This document shows, one piece after another, positions 1-12,791 of a stretch of 64,000 bases of DNA; position 1 is the stretch's first letter; every line of letters starts with the position of its first letter. Below the pieces are notes generated by a model that worked only from the letters and a program-made list of their open reading frames with translations, did no database searches and had not been told where the DNA came from. The DNA lies in NCBI GenBank assembly GCA_011109175.1, contig RDEW01000019.1, positions 246,028-310,027 on the forward strand. Direction: 5' to 3'. This DNA is from Dicyema japonicum. Lineage: Eukaryota; Animalia; Dicyemida. Both the position numbers and the translations under genes were made by a program.

Positions 1-798
1 ATCTAAATCATCTAATGAGAAGTGCAAAAATCACCCTTAAGATTTTTATAGGTATGTTGAAGGGGGTAATGTAGTAGACTTTGACTGTAAGTCTTTTCTG
101 ACCGTCAAGGTAATTAACCATCCAGATCTTGAGTTTACCGAGGATTACTTTGTACTGAGTGTCGTCTCGATACTGAGTCGAAAGTCTATGTCGATGGAGC
201 AAGGCTAAGTCTTCAGATGTTAAGGCTAGTGAAAAACCCATAGCGCATAAAATTTCCCAAGTAGTTAGACTTGAAAACCTAACAAATTTACTGATTTCCG
301 ACCAAAATGAGACATATGTTTATATCTAAGCGAGTTTACGAAAAATATAATTGGAGAATATAAAGCAACATTAATTAGATTACTCAAATGTTCGTATATA
401 TATCCCCTCTTGCCAAATGGTGGCTTGTCCCGTTTCATATAATCTAGCTAAGAAAAGGTTTCACTTATCCTCTGACGCCACCATACTTGTTTCCTGATTC
501 AATATTTCTGCCATATAATAAGACCGATAAAGCTAATCTATTCAACTTTAGATTACATTTAACCTTTTGGTTTTATTTGTGAGATTTTATTGATAATCTG
601 ACGTCGAAAAGATATAAGGAGTTAAGAATTGGGTCACATATCCTAAAGGGCTCCTTCTATAACTTTTGGTTTTAGGAAACAGCAGTTTACTTTGAACAAG
701 CAATTCACCATATTGTAGTAAAGAAGGTATCTAGATTCAAATCTATTCGGGCCCAAAATTGAAAGAATATGAGGGTCATTTGTCTCAATATCCACTAG

Positions 799-1107
799 TT
801 AGTCTGATTACATGTGCTAATGATAAAACATGGTACAATCAACACCTTTGTAAAATTGGATGTCTGAGTGAACGATGAAGTAATGAGTAACGATTAATAC
901 AAAATGGTGGGTTATATTGAATCCCCCAATTATAAAGGTAAGACAACTAAGATTAGTCTGATTACATGTGCTAATGATAAAACGTGGTACAATCAACACC
1001 TTTGTAAAATTGGATGTCTGAGTGAACGATGAAGTAATGAGTAACGATTAATACAAAATGGTGGGTTATATTGAATCCCCCAATTATAAAGGTAAGACAA
1101 CTAAGAT
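799..1107. repeat. Tandem duplication, 2 x 154 bp
   Basis: ttagtctgattacatgtgc...caactaagat occurs at 799-953 and 953-1107, near-identical (aaacatgg vs aaacgtgg). Confidence 0.95.
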
Positions 1108-1956
1108 ATGTTTGGACTGAATTGTGTGCCAGTTTAGACTTGAAAGTGTTCATCAGGACAGATTCCCCGTGATATTAGCGACAAGATGCGAAACGTTAAG
1201 AAAAAGCGAACTTAAGAGATCAAAAGTTCTCCCCCATATAGCAATAAGCCAAATTAGCATAATAAACATAAAAACGAGGTTCTCCAAGGATTTACAAAGC
1301 TACGGGCACTATTCTGATAAGAATAAAGTTATAATAAATCGAACTTTAAAAACGTGGAAAATTTATTAGATCCGAAAAAAAACCCGAGAGAATTAGTTGT
1401 CTCAATCCTTCCTCATACTTTCCTATAATTAAATATTAGCCTCAACTCTTAGTAAATCCCAGTCATCGGCGGATCTTTAAGAGAATTTAAATGTACCCAA
1501 AAATCGAAGCTAGTATTGGATTGCAGATTTCTTTTGGTCAATGCCATTCTCCGAGCGGACACTGATATATCCCTTGGTCATTTTTGCATCAAAGTAGGAC
1601 AGAGGTAATATGGGAAGAAGTAGATGTAAACCAAAGTGGAATTTTTGTCATAAACTGATAGCCATTTTTAGCAAAATTGAAATAAAATATTCGATTCCAT
1701 TTGATAAGACCTTCCTTGTAAAACAGAACATGAATCTTCATTGCAATGTATTCCCCCAACCTCCTCTTATTTTCAAAAATTCGGCCTCACTTTATATTTG
1801 AATATCCCTTTCCACATCGTTAACCCATGAGTTCTGCTGTAGTATCTTATAGTAGCCATAATTAAGTTCTGATAATTTCTATTTTTTCCTAATGAATCAA
1901 AATTCCTTTACTTTGCAGAGGCCTCAGCATCAATTTTGTTATTTTACCAAGTCAAA

Positions 1957-2385
1957 NNNNNNNNNNNNNNNNNNNNNNNNNNNNNNNNNNNNNNNNNNNN
2001 NNNNNNNNNNNNNNNNNNNNNNNNNNNNNNNNNNNNNNNNNNNNNNNNNNNNNNNNNNNNNNNNNNNNNNNNNNNNNNNNNNNNNNNNNNNNNNNNNNNN
2101 NNNNNNNNNNNNNNNNNNNNNNNNNNNNNNNNNNNNNNNNNNNNNNNNNNNNNNNNNNNNNNNNNNNNNNNNNNNNNNNNNNNNNNNNNNNNNNNNNNNN
2201 NNNNNNNNNNNNNNNNNNNNNNNNNNNNNNNNNNNNNNNNNNNNNNNNNNNNNNNNNNNNNNNNNNNNNNNNNNNNNNNNNNNNNNNNNNNNNNNNNNNN
2301 NNNNNNNNNNNNNNNNNNNNNNNNNNNNNNNNNNNNNNNNNNNNNNNNNNNNNNNNNNNNNNNNNNNNNNNNNNNNNNNNNNNNN
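1957..2385. other. Assembly gap (429 N); the X-rich ORFs across it are artefacts
   Basis: Run of n bases. Confidence 1.
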
Positions 2386-3983
2386 AATAACTTAGTGGCA
2401 AGGGGAAGAGAGAAAATGATCTCTTTATAGCATGCTTGGACTGAGTGTCTCGAGACACTATGGGGGAATGAAGAGGAAGAACAAAACTAAGGACGAAAAA
2501 TCGTTGCCTAATTAGTATGTAAAATAAAAAATGTCAGAAATTTCAAATATAACAATCAAGAGGATAAATCATCATTATTGGACATATTTTCCAACTAAAT
2601 ATAACAATCAGTAAGTACAAATTGATCCCCTTCTGAGGACATTGAATTAACAATTCTATTAGTGAGAATGTAATCAGAAGTATCTTGATCCCCAATAGTC
2701 TGAGTGGTCTGTCCATAAGGCTCGAGTGAATTCAATTTTTCCAAAAATTTAAGAGTCTGGGGGATTATATTTGTTTACTTACATTTTCGTCAGATTCTTG
2801 CGTTTTGAAAAAATGAAAGTTTTTTTCGTCAATCATTTCATTTGCGTCAAGTAAAACATCAGTGGCTAAATCGTCAAAACCCGACGGAAACAAATACGCA
2901 GGATCCATTCAACACCACAAAGCTATATTATATTAATTTAAAAATTATCATTAAATCATTAATTCCAAAAATAAAATTAAAAACAATAAATTAAATATTA
3001 TTGGTAACTCCAATAAACACCATTTTTATTCCTCATCTCTGAGGCGTCAAATCTCACTGTTTCTTTCAATCAGCGGTAGTAGCATGTAACTTTCATAAGA
3101 AACCACACCACTTAAAATTCTGCTGAAAAAGGAACTTAAGAAATGCAGTGGGAATTATAAAGGAGCATTGCAGAAACATCGCGCGCTTGTTGAAGACTCC
3201 GGGATCTTTATTAGTGGCTTAACTTTTTTACTTTGGTTAACCCTTTTGGGGATAAATAATAATTCCTCGCGTTTAATATTTTGAAGGTAATTATAAATAA
3301 GTGCCCCTCCCTTTCGTATCTGCAGATTCAGATTGTATATTCAGGTTTAGAATCCAATAATTGAGTATTCCTGTCCCCCATAAAGGTATGCGATATCCAC
3401 ATCCAAACTCAATAAACTAAATTAAATCATAGGGGAACTACACGTTTGCATATCACAACGGTCACAAAGAAGGACACCCCGATCGAGTTACTTTGAGGCA
3501 TTCGCGGAGGCTTTACCGCTTTACAGTTGGTACATTGGAAGGTCCCGCAAGAAGAGTCGGTCAATCTGCTCCCTTTAAATGTTAGAAGAGTACTTGATGA
3601 ATGTCTGAAGAATACAAATTAATCCTACTTCCTCCTGACTGTTAACAGAATGGAGGTTCACAGTCCGCAAGGAGTTCTTGATAGACTATACCGTTTTTCA
3701 ATGGTGGAGTAAACATCAGTCAATTACTTGACGGGCTAATGAATACCATCCTAGTTAATGAAATAAAATTAAGAAAGCAACAACCATCAATCCCATAAAA
3801 CTATAACTTGATATCCCTAATATAAAAAAAGAGCAGTAGCGTGAACATCTGTTTATTATCACCACCAGGACCAATGGTCATTACATCGACTCTTAGTGAG
3901 TTTGTTGGAATTGGTGTCTTGTGTATGAGGTTGGATAGTTATTGGCAGCTTTTGCTATAAATTTCTTGTTTATTTAAAATCCC

Positions 3984-4225
3984 AAAACCATGGAGATACT
4001 AAGCTAATTATCACGTGATCCCGATGCGTTCCATTAGAGACCTCATTTTGGTCCGATGTTCCTCCCCTGTGGCAGCGCATGGTCGTACTGGATGGCTACT
4101 GAATTTACGGAGCCAAATTCTGGAGTCCAGTCGCATAGTGGCCTCCAGAGAAGTCGGTCCGGTTCGATTTTCCCTACAAATCCACCGCTCCGTAGCTCAG
4201 AAAGCTCTAATCTCATAAATAATGT
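3984..4225 (-). mobile_element. 3' end of 2A-APE-RT LINE family (family A), 5'-truncated
   Basis: Minus strand reads ...PVRPCAATGEEHRTKMRSLMERIGIT* (stop 4011-4013), then the family 3'UTR and TAAA tail. It matches copies at 55510, 54875 and 49553. Confidence 0.75.
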
Positions 4226-4289
4226 GCTACTGAATTAGGTAGTTTGGTTTTACCATGGTTCTTGTAATTTTTTAAGCATAAAACAAAAG

Positions 4290-4560
4290 GAATCCTCCCG
4301 CTCTTGTTAAAGAGACATACATTCCAGGATTCTTTTGAGAACAGTTCTTGTACGTAGTGAGAATAATCCATCAACTTCCAACCTCCTCATGTACCCTCTT
4401 AGTATGGACGCCATCCCATCTTCGTTTTATTTAGGGTGTTAAGGTACTCCTATTGCACTAAATATCTACTTTGCTTCATGATGAATGAAAACCTTGTCTT
4501 CTTTCTCGTAAGCATAGTAAAACATCGAGGTTTAAAACTTCAACAATCACAAAAGGGTCA
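4290..4560 (-). mobile_element. Decayed C-terminus of Dong/R4-like RLE retrotransposon
   Basis: Minus strand DGMASILRGYMRRLEVDG...TVLKRILECMSL resembles the C-terminus of the 51926-54832 element (DGVVSKFYKHHL...TIKQTMESVL). Confidence 0.45.
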
Positions 4561-4809
4561 GTCAGTCAAAAAGAGCACAACAAAGACATCTGCCGTGTTG
4601 TTCTCGTTTCAATTAAAAGGCATGTGGAATATTTAACCGTCTATTTTGTCTTGAGATACAACTAAAAGATTATATGGATTCTAACTTTTTTGCAGACCTG
4701 TAAATACCAGCTTTGGTCTTTTATAAGACTTTGTGATTTGAGTCATAGGCACACTCAAACTGTTCAAAAAATATCACAACTAATCTCGTTCAAATCAATT
4801 ATAATTTTT

Positions 4810-5400
4810 TTTTAAAACAAAAAATTTTTTTAACAATTAAACAAATGTCAGTTGAGGAAGCCTGCTGCGTGGATTGCGAACGCGTTTCCTCGGAGTATGG
4901 CTATTCCTATCTATTGTCTTAGCCATAACCCTTCTCGTTGACCCCTTTTCTTTCTGGCAAGCATCCTCCGAGTTCTTGCAAGAATTCAGCCGTCATTGGA
5001 CCAACGGCTCCCGATGATTCGGTCGCAACAGGAGTAAATCGGTAGCGATCCCCGAGGCAAGAATATTTCTTGACTTTTTAGGTTTTCCGCAGTCGAAGCA
5101 GCTGCTACAGGTGTCTGAACCGATTTAAAAATGTTCGTGCTTGAGAGAACGTGTCTATGCAAGTTGCGTCCCAGACCAAAGATCTTCCAGACGTGAAGGG
5201 GAAAAGGGTCATTCCGTCATGTCTCTTCCCATCTCCTCGATCAAGACCCACTGGTTCAAGCTGTGCTGGGAAGCCTGAAGCCTTCAGAGCTCTGACATGA
5301 CGTAGCATGACGTAGTCCCCTTCCGGCGCTTCTTCTGCAGGACAAGGGTGCAATCCTTTCGCATCGACTGTTTTCCCGCATCGGCATCGGTGCTATTGGC
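4810..5400 (-). mobile_element. CRE-like non-LTR retrotransposon 3' end (RLE domain), decayed
   Basis: LEPVGLDRGDGKRHDGMTLFPFTSGRSLVWDATCIDTFS; close reverse-complement match to 13250-13830, with the same stop context and acatttgtttaattgttaaa tail. Confidence 0.9.
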
Positions 5401-5614
5401 AAATGTATAATTAAAAATAAATTTAAAAAATAAATAAATCTAAATTTATTAAAATTTTTAAACTCTGTGTATAACCAAATTAGACCTCACCTGCCAAACA
5501 CGTCTAACATAAGAGTCATTATGCTTGTGGATGATCTAAGTCAGTAGTTATATATTTTTCCCTCATGTCTTTAAATAAAGCCTTTGGCTGAATTTGGAGT
5601 GTTTATCTACTACN

Positions 5615-5750
5615 CCGCATCGGCATCGGTGCTCCTGGCAAACGTCTAGTCCCAGCCTTTGTCAGATTCCAATCCTCAAAGAATCGTCGTCCAAAAAGGT
5701 CCCGAGGTTTGGGCAAGGTATTGCACCAAGCCATGCTCCACTCCCTCTAC
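5615..5750 (-). mobile_element. CRE-like fragment immediately after a single-N join
   Basis: Matches 13150-13280 in reverse and re-starts with sequence already present at ~5376-5400. Confidence 0.8.
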
Positions 5751-6005
5751 TATTAAATTATTAAATTAAAAAAAGATTATAACGTGTGTCTGTTTTGAGT
5801 CGTGTCAATATGGAGAATTCGTGATGATTTATCTACACCCTAAAGGTACTTTTTAAACCTAACAAAGGTGATAAACTGTCAATAAATAAGACCAGAAAGA
5901 CCCGCTCTTACGACGAAGGCTAAGTGGAATTCATGGACAATATGGTTCTCGTCAAGCTCGTTTGAGATCTGTCTATAAGATCGTCACAGACGACTTTAAC
6001 TCTTA

Positions 6006-6381
6006 TGATTAGTCAATTTAATTGTTTCTAACACCGCATGGGTAGTTATTTTGGTTTTACCTGTGTTTTCTAATAATTTCTTGCGCTTTTTCATATTTGA
6101 TTCATCGTTTTTTTGAAGGTTTTGCTTGGTCACCCACCACACAATGTATAGTTTTAAATGATAGATACAGATAATGACAGTTGGAAATAAAATNTGATTA
6201 GTTAATTTAATTGTTTCTAACACCGCATGGGTAGTTATTTTGGTTTTACCTGTGTTCTCTAATAATTTCTTGCGCTTTTTCATAAATGATTCATCGTTTT
6301 TTGAAGGTTTTGCTTGGTCACCCACCACACAATGTATAGTTTAGAATGATAGATACAGATAATGACAGTTGGAAATAAAAT
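6006..6381. repeat. ~188-bp direct duplication separated by one N (probable haplotype/scaffolding artefact)
   Basis: 6006-6193 and 6195-6381 are nearly identical, with n at 6194. Confidence 0.9.
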
Positions 6382-6489
6382 CAACGACTGTCTTCAAAAA
6401 TTGACATAATTAGAACAAACAAGAATGCTGAGGTCAGTCAAAATCCTCTTCATGGTGCCGTTCAAAAATAACGATTCTAAATCAGTTGA

Positions 6490-8000
6490 CACTATACTAG
6501 GATATGGTAGGTGTCACATATTTATATTAAGGGACGTCAACTGGCGAGGAGAGAAGGGTACTACACCTTTAGTGATCGCTGCTAAATCAAAATGTGATGA
6601 CTTAAAAAAACAAGTACCCCATATATCTAAGAATAGGAATTGACAGTCATAAGTTGAATCAAATTTAAACCCAATATGGATCTTACTGATGATTACGGAC
6701 AAGAAGCTCTCCATCACTGTGATGATGAACAATGAATATTTTTGAAGCGCTTTTTTAAGATACTCGTGCAACATTTCCCTGGAAGTATTTCTGATGTGAC
6801 GACTTTTAGTTTAAAGATGACCAAGATTTGACTCCAGTTCACTTAGCAGCATTTTATGGCAATTACAATGTAATGAGGATTCTTGCAGATAAAAATGTCA
6901 ATTTGGTTACTTACGATCTATTCTCAAGGAACTCCACTACATCTTGCCCTTTGTAGACAAAACGAAAAAATTTGAAACTCATTCTAAAATCGCTCAAAGA
7001 AAATGATCCAAAATACTTAAAAAAAGGTTCACTTAAATATTATGAAAATATAAATTTAAATTCGGATAATGATGAAAATAAATCTCCCATATATTTTGCT
7101 AGGGAGAACATTAAGTTGGTCAAAATGCTTGCGTCCTGGAGGTCAGACAAGTCACTGACTTGCTACGATCACCCAATTCATTTGGCAGCAAAGGGAAATT
7201 CAATAGAAATCCTCAATTTTCTAATAGAAATCTGTCAACTAATTCAGTGAAGAATGTTACAAATTCAAGTGATGAAAACGCTGTTATTTTTGGAAAACCG
7301 AAAAATATTCACTTTTTCTTGAAAAGTTTATAAAATTTAATTTCTTAGTAAATGGGATATTGATGCAGAAGAAACTGAAGGAAGGAACCCATCAATGCTT
7401 TCGTCCATGTTCGGTAATGTCGATTCGATTGAGGTGTTACTCAATAATGCTAAAATTTGGAGTGTTGACAAAATGAGGAAAACTCAATTTTTCTATCATC
7501 TAAAAATAATCATTGTTTAGCGCTCTCACAGTTTCTTCTAGAAGACTGAGAATTTGGTTCCAAAACCAGTTACATCAACAGACAGAACAGGAATAGAAAT
7601 CTCTTTTTCTCAAATCTTGTGAAATGGGAATTCAAAGATTGTCGAAATTTGTTGTTTTTACTAAATCTCAGGTATTACTGAACAACGGAAGCGAATCCTA
7701 CCTATAAAAACAAAACGGAAGAATCATCGATTCATTTGGCTGCTGAAAAGGTTCTTAAAGTAGGATAACTAAAATTCTACCTAAACAATTGTGAAGATGC
7801 TTGTCGCTATGAACCCAAGTTAATTCAAAGCCGTGACAAACTTAACAACGTTCCCCTACATTTTGCATCCCTTTATGCCCAATATCACGTGGTGAATTTT
7901 TTAATCAAAAAGTAAAGCAAACATTAATGAAAAGTTGTCTTATTTTATATAAAGAGATAAATTATCAGAGACTCCACTTAATTTATGCAGTGGTCTTATT
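6490..8000 (+). pseudogene. Ankyrin-repeat gene, disrupted
   Basis: Successive ankyrin-like motifs: GEKGTTPLVIAAK, DDYGQEALHHC, DDQDLTPVHLAAFYGN, DHPIHLAAKGNSIEILNFLI, KTEESSIHLAAEK, DKLNNVPLHFASLY. Several in-frame stops and frameshifts are not explained by micro-introns. Confidence 0.7.
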
Positions 8001-9767
8001 AAGAAATTGTTATAATTTAAAAAAATAAATTATCTTTATTATTTAAAAAAAAAAAAGAAATTGTTTGTATGATACTCAAAAATCACCAACGATCTAAACG
8101 TAACTGTCATAAAATAAAAGATCAAATTACAACTCCAATTAGACAACTGGTAGACAAAATGCCGGGTAAATACATCTTCTAAATATTGATGAGGCTTACA
8201 TGGTTCTGTCGTCTTTTATTATAGACGATTCAGACAGCTCTGTTATAATTATGAATTTTTGGATGAAACTTTTGCGAGTTGGGGTAATAAAAACGAAGGT
8301 ACCTATTTTTTGAATTTACTGGAGAATCAGGAAAGTTAGTAAATATCCTTGAATTAATGGTCTCTAATTTATTCATATTCTGTGTCACACATAAAAGGGA
8401 GAACCTCATCCCTTAACAAAACAGCTCATTCATATGAAATCGCGGGAATAAGCCCAGTACTTTTTTTCACGAACCTTTTGCTTGCCTTTTTCTTCACGAC
8501 TTCTCGATTAGTATTTTTATACTTCTCAACCTCACCAAAGTTTTTTAAACGATTACTTTCATTAATTTAAATCCCCAAGGGTCCGGATGTGAATATGGCT
8601 ATATTTTTAAAAATTCAGAATCCGTCGCTAAGGCTTTTAAATATGTTTCATTTGTGACACCTGGGGTTTTGTTTGTGAGAGAGGTACATTTTCTTTTTAC
8701 TTGGTAGTCGATTCAATTCAGTAGATCCCCACTTGGATATTTCTCTGATCAATTTTCTGGATCTGACATCGGTCATTCTTCGCGCTCTATGTTTATTGGA
8801 TCTAACCACGTGACCAGACAAATTGGAATTCGAGAAGTTGATGAGTGTGATTTCTTTGTAGGTTTGACAGTGGGAATTAGCCACACTGGCTGTTTTTATT
8901 GTCTGTACAAAGATTATTTTGATTATGCAAAAAACACCTTCATTCGGAATTATATGTTTTTAAATGTTGAAGACGTTTATCAAATCATCAAAATTTTAAT
9001 ATTATTTATCTCTCCTTTGGGATTACATTTAATCTTCTGCTCTTGAATCAAGTAATTATACCAATACACCCCAGACCCTCTTCGAAGGATTCGTTCCTTC
9101 CTAAAAGTCTTCGTGACGAGAAAATTATTTCCACGTTTCAGAGTTTGGAATAAAATTGGTAAAATGACCAAAGTGAATATTCCATCATAAAAAAATCCGC
9201 GACTTAATTTTTTGAATTTCTTTAAAAAATTGTTATATGAAAATCCCAGTGAAAGTTACTGTCGAAAGTACCTTCACATTTCAAATCAAATTACGAGAAT
9301 TAAAGACACTATTAGTGGAAGAAATATATTTTTTAATTGTGGACCTAAATTCAAAAAATCAAAGGGAAGGAAAATAATTTTTGACATTTGTAAATATTTT
9401 TTTTTGACTGTTAAAAATCCTGATTGCATATTGAGTAATACTGTTGAACGGTCTGATACAAGTACACATCCCAGACAGTTGAAGATACTGTTAGAGAATA
9501 TGACATCAAATAACTTTGTTTTATTTAATAACGGACTTCACCCCATAATATGGTTTTCAGCGGGAAAACATTAACAGGAATACATTTACCTTTTTCGCCC
9601 TACCTCCTACATAACTGTGCTTGGAAAATTGGTTCAAATTATTCTGATGTGGATTACTTAATATCATTTATAAAGATGCCTACGTTTGAAAAATAAATCT
9701 TATTTGAAGAGATTGGATTGCCTCCTATTGACAAGATGGGCAAGTTGTTGGATGCTGACAATTTATA

Positions 9768-10290
9768 CAGTCTGACCTCTAATTAAGGAACGTATGTTCC
9801 AAAACAGAGGTTTCCATATAGATAAATAAACAAAAATAACATTTTTTAAGTAATTCAGTTATTTTCTCTCCATGTTTATTTTTTTATTCCCACGTCACTT
9901 TCTTTTTGAATTCAAAAAATCACGAAGATAGGAATAAAATCAAAAATGTTTGCCTCTAGGTTTCCATCAAACTTAAAGTTTTTGATATTGGTACTTCACG
10001 GTCTATTTCCTCATAGAGATATGCGTCATTATCCTCAATTTCACATTCATCAATAGCATTATTAAATATTTCTTCAGATGACTATGCAATTCAAGTGAGA
10101 TATCGTCGAAAATTGGATAGAGGTTCGATAAACAAATTCTGCTCGTCTTGAGAAATCGATTAGATAGTTTAGATAATTATCTTTGAAATTTTTAATGATT
10201 CCAACTTCCAATGGTTGAAGAAATGGCGTCGTATTTTTTTTGGCAAAAATAAAAAAATCGATATTAATGAACATTGATATTTTGACAGAC
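9768..10290 (-). mobile_element. pogo/Tigger (DDE_1) transposon remnant
   Basis: NTTPFLQPLEVGIIKNFKDNY matches the pogo LPPNTTSxLQPLDxGIIxxFK motif. TA|CAGTCTGACCTC terminus at 9766-9779, with the same subterminal aaaacagaggtttc as at ~12838. Confidence 0.75.
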
Positions 10291-10365
10291 AGCGTTATCC
10301 AATGAAATTATTCTCAAATTTATTTTGGTCTCTATTTGTCTGGAAGACCAATCTGAACAGTGGAG

Positions 10366-10478
10366 CAGTAATGTTTATTAAACCTCAGCTTAGGCAGGAC
10401 TCACTTTATTTTAGAAGAATCAAGCTAACTGATCCGAGGCATTGAGAATGTTCTTGACTTCTCGTTCTTTCTTCTTGA
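10366..10478 (-). mobile_element. 3' part of tRNA-headed SINE family 2
   Basis: Matches 31441-31560 (aaacctcagcttag...gaaaatgttcttgatttctcgttc). Confidence 0.7.
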
Positions 10479-10589
10479 CTTATTACTTTTGGGGGAATTT
10501 CAATCTGAAAAAACTCCCTTCTGAATTTGTTTTCAGTAATATTTGCTTGTATAGAGACTATTACCCGGTCAATTTATTTAAAAGTAAAT

Positions 10590-11030
10590 ACCCGGTCTGA
10601 CTGCGTGGCTATTCCTTCTCAGGATGAGGGCGAGATTAGACAGCAGCGCCCACGGTGATCTGTTCGTGAAAAAATCCCAAGACCGGGCATGTCAGCATGT
10701 CAAACTCAAAATATCCAGGGGCCGCATAAGGTAATTTGAGTATACAAGCGGGCCACACTAACAACTCTGAAAAGGTTTATTTAATATTTTGAAGGCCTAC
10801 TACAACCACAATTTTACGCTAACGCTCCACAACCCAAAATATAATCATTTTTCGACATTATCAAAACAATCTTAATCTTTGTCATGTGGTGCCCCCATTT
10901 TCAACAATTTTTCATATATCTGAAATGTATTTGCAGTTCCGACCTTGATCAGGAATGGCAAGTATTCATTAGTCAGCCTTGTTTCTTAGAAGATTTTGTT
11001 GAGTTTATAAAGGAAAACAGCTGTTACACA
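10590..11030 (-). pseudogene. Unidentified multicopy coding family D, C-terminal fragment
   Basis: LLVWPACILKLPYAAPGYFEFDM aligns with LLVWAACIFKLSYAVLELFDFDM at ~45230-45310. Confidence 0.6.
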
Positions 11031-11689
11031 CATAGATAGGAACCTAACATTGCCATAATCGTGTTGAAGTTTCTCATGAGGGGCGATTTTTTAATTATTG
11101 ACTTTTTTAATTATGAAATATTTATACTTAAATTTATTTCAAATAAATTAAACAATATAGCATCCAACTTTTTGATGGGACCTGTTAAAATTGAATAAAT
11201 AGAGAACTTTTCATTTCCGGAGACCATCTAGGAGTCTTTTCCACGTCGGATAGTACCTCTTATGTATCGGTCTGGGGTCATTTAGTTATTTGGGAAGTTT
11301 CTTTCCTTTAAACCCGATGATCATGGGTAGTAATAATGATTTAAAATCCAATGATCCACTTAAACCTTTGTGTTTGCAACGTGGTGTGGATTTTTCTAAG
11401 AGATCTTCCTGACTAGATCACGCAAGCAGCTTTAATCAAATAAAATATAATGAACTAAAAAATAATTAGCCAATTGATTGCTAAAAGTTCACGTCAGGGT
11501 TCAAAAAGTCAATTTTCCTATGAATTTGGCCAATTCTCAAATTGGCCACACATTATCAAAAAACATAAAATTTTATTTTTATTAATCTTTTAAATTATTT
11601 TATAAAAAAATAAAAATTTCAAACTAAAAATTTTACCATGCTTCTCGTTGCAAATGTACAGTACTTAATTGTCAACAAAAACTTAGAAA

Positions 11690-12304
11690 TTTTGAGATAT
11701 AAAGACGAGAATAACACTAAATCGTGCCGAACAATCATACGCAGAATTCCGACTTATTTAATATCGAATTTAAAGAAAAACAGTGAATAATATTCTTAAT
11801 TCCCGAGAGTCCATGTTAAAAAATCCAAAAATTACATTCCCTCAACAAGGACATGCAAATCGTTAAAATTTCCTGAACTTGATACTAAGCTTGCTGAATG
11901 TATTGATTTGATGGAATCTGGACATAGAAATATTCCTTGATATTCAATACTATGAAAATGAAGCGATAATTTATGAATACGACGAAATGGTGTTATCGGA
12001 GAATTCTGAAAAAAATCCATCGATGATACGAAATAATGAATTCTGAAAAAGAAGGACAAATTAATAGATGGAAGTACTAAAACTGAAAACAAAACTGAGA
12101 TTTTAAATGCACTATATCTGATTGAACAAAAAATAATATCGAAAATGAAAATGTTTTCCACTATTAGAATATACATCAAAATAATATTTAAAAAATAAAA
12201 GACGACGTTGGTTAAAATATTATTTTGATAAAAAAGTTTACTTTAATGGTTTTTTAAATAATTTTTTTCTAATTCCCAAATTGAGCCAAAAGGGACATTA
12301 CTGT
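11690..12304 (+). mobile_element. pogo/Tigger remnant
   Basis: CENP-B-like KFPELDTKLAECI; terminus gggacattactg|ta at 12293-12306. Confidence 0.5.
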
Positions 12305-12791
12305 AACTTTATTACTTTAAATTTGTTGAACCAGCAAACCACCTTCATAGCCAGAATGAAAGAATTCGGTGATCCAGGCTTCCATCAGCAGTCTTCGCAT
12401 GCTCCGACTCGAAGAAAGTGCCGTCAGGGGGAACTTCCCTTGTCTAATGGTCATTTTTTGATATAATTTAGGATTATATCTGTCACCACCAGATATGGCA
12501 ACTACATGACGCACACAAACTCACAAATCTGCCATCTATTCAGGATTTTTTATTTATCTGCATGATCCTTGATAGTCTCTCCCACCCTCTCCTATTCGAT
12601 GCCTATTCATTTAAAATTGCAGAGATTGTCGCCAAAATTGGTCTTTATTTTATTTCATATAACCCTCATTGTGGAAGTGTTAAATTCCGTATGTAGAAAT
12701 GGCTATTAACATATTCTTAAACGGAATCTTCAGACTACTATAACTTATTCATTCATCAACGATACGATGCTATTAAGAATTGACCTTTATA

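Noticed and set aside
799-1107. 154-bp tandem repeat as a coding or regulatory array
   Set aside because: Only two units near a gap; the ORFs in it are short and featureless, and misassembly cannot be excluded.
5376-5640. Apparent tandem or overlapping CRE copies
   Set aside because: The junction is a single N followed by re-started sequence, typical of scaffolding of two haplotypes or paralogues.
5996-6381. 110-aa ORF with an internal repeat
   Set aside because: Created by the N-joined 188-bp duplication; likely an assembly artefact.
6650-6740. In-frame TGA codons in the ankyrin gene as stop-codon reassignment or selenocysteine
   Set aside because: The same region has frameshifts, and TGA terminates intact genes here (kelch, GCNT, RBBP6).
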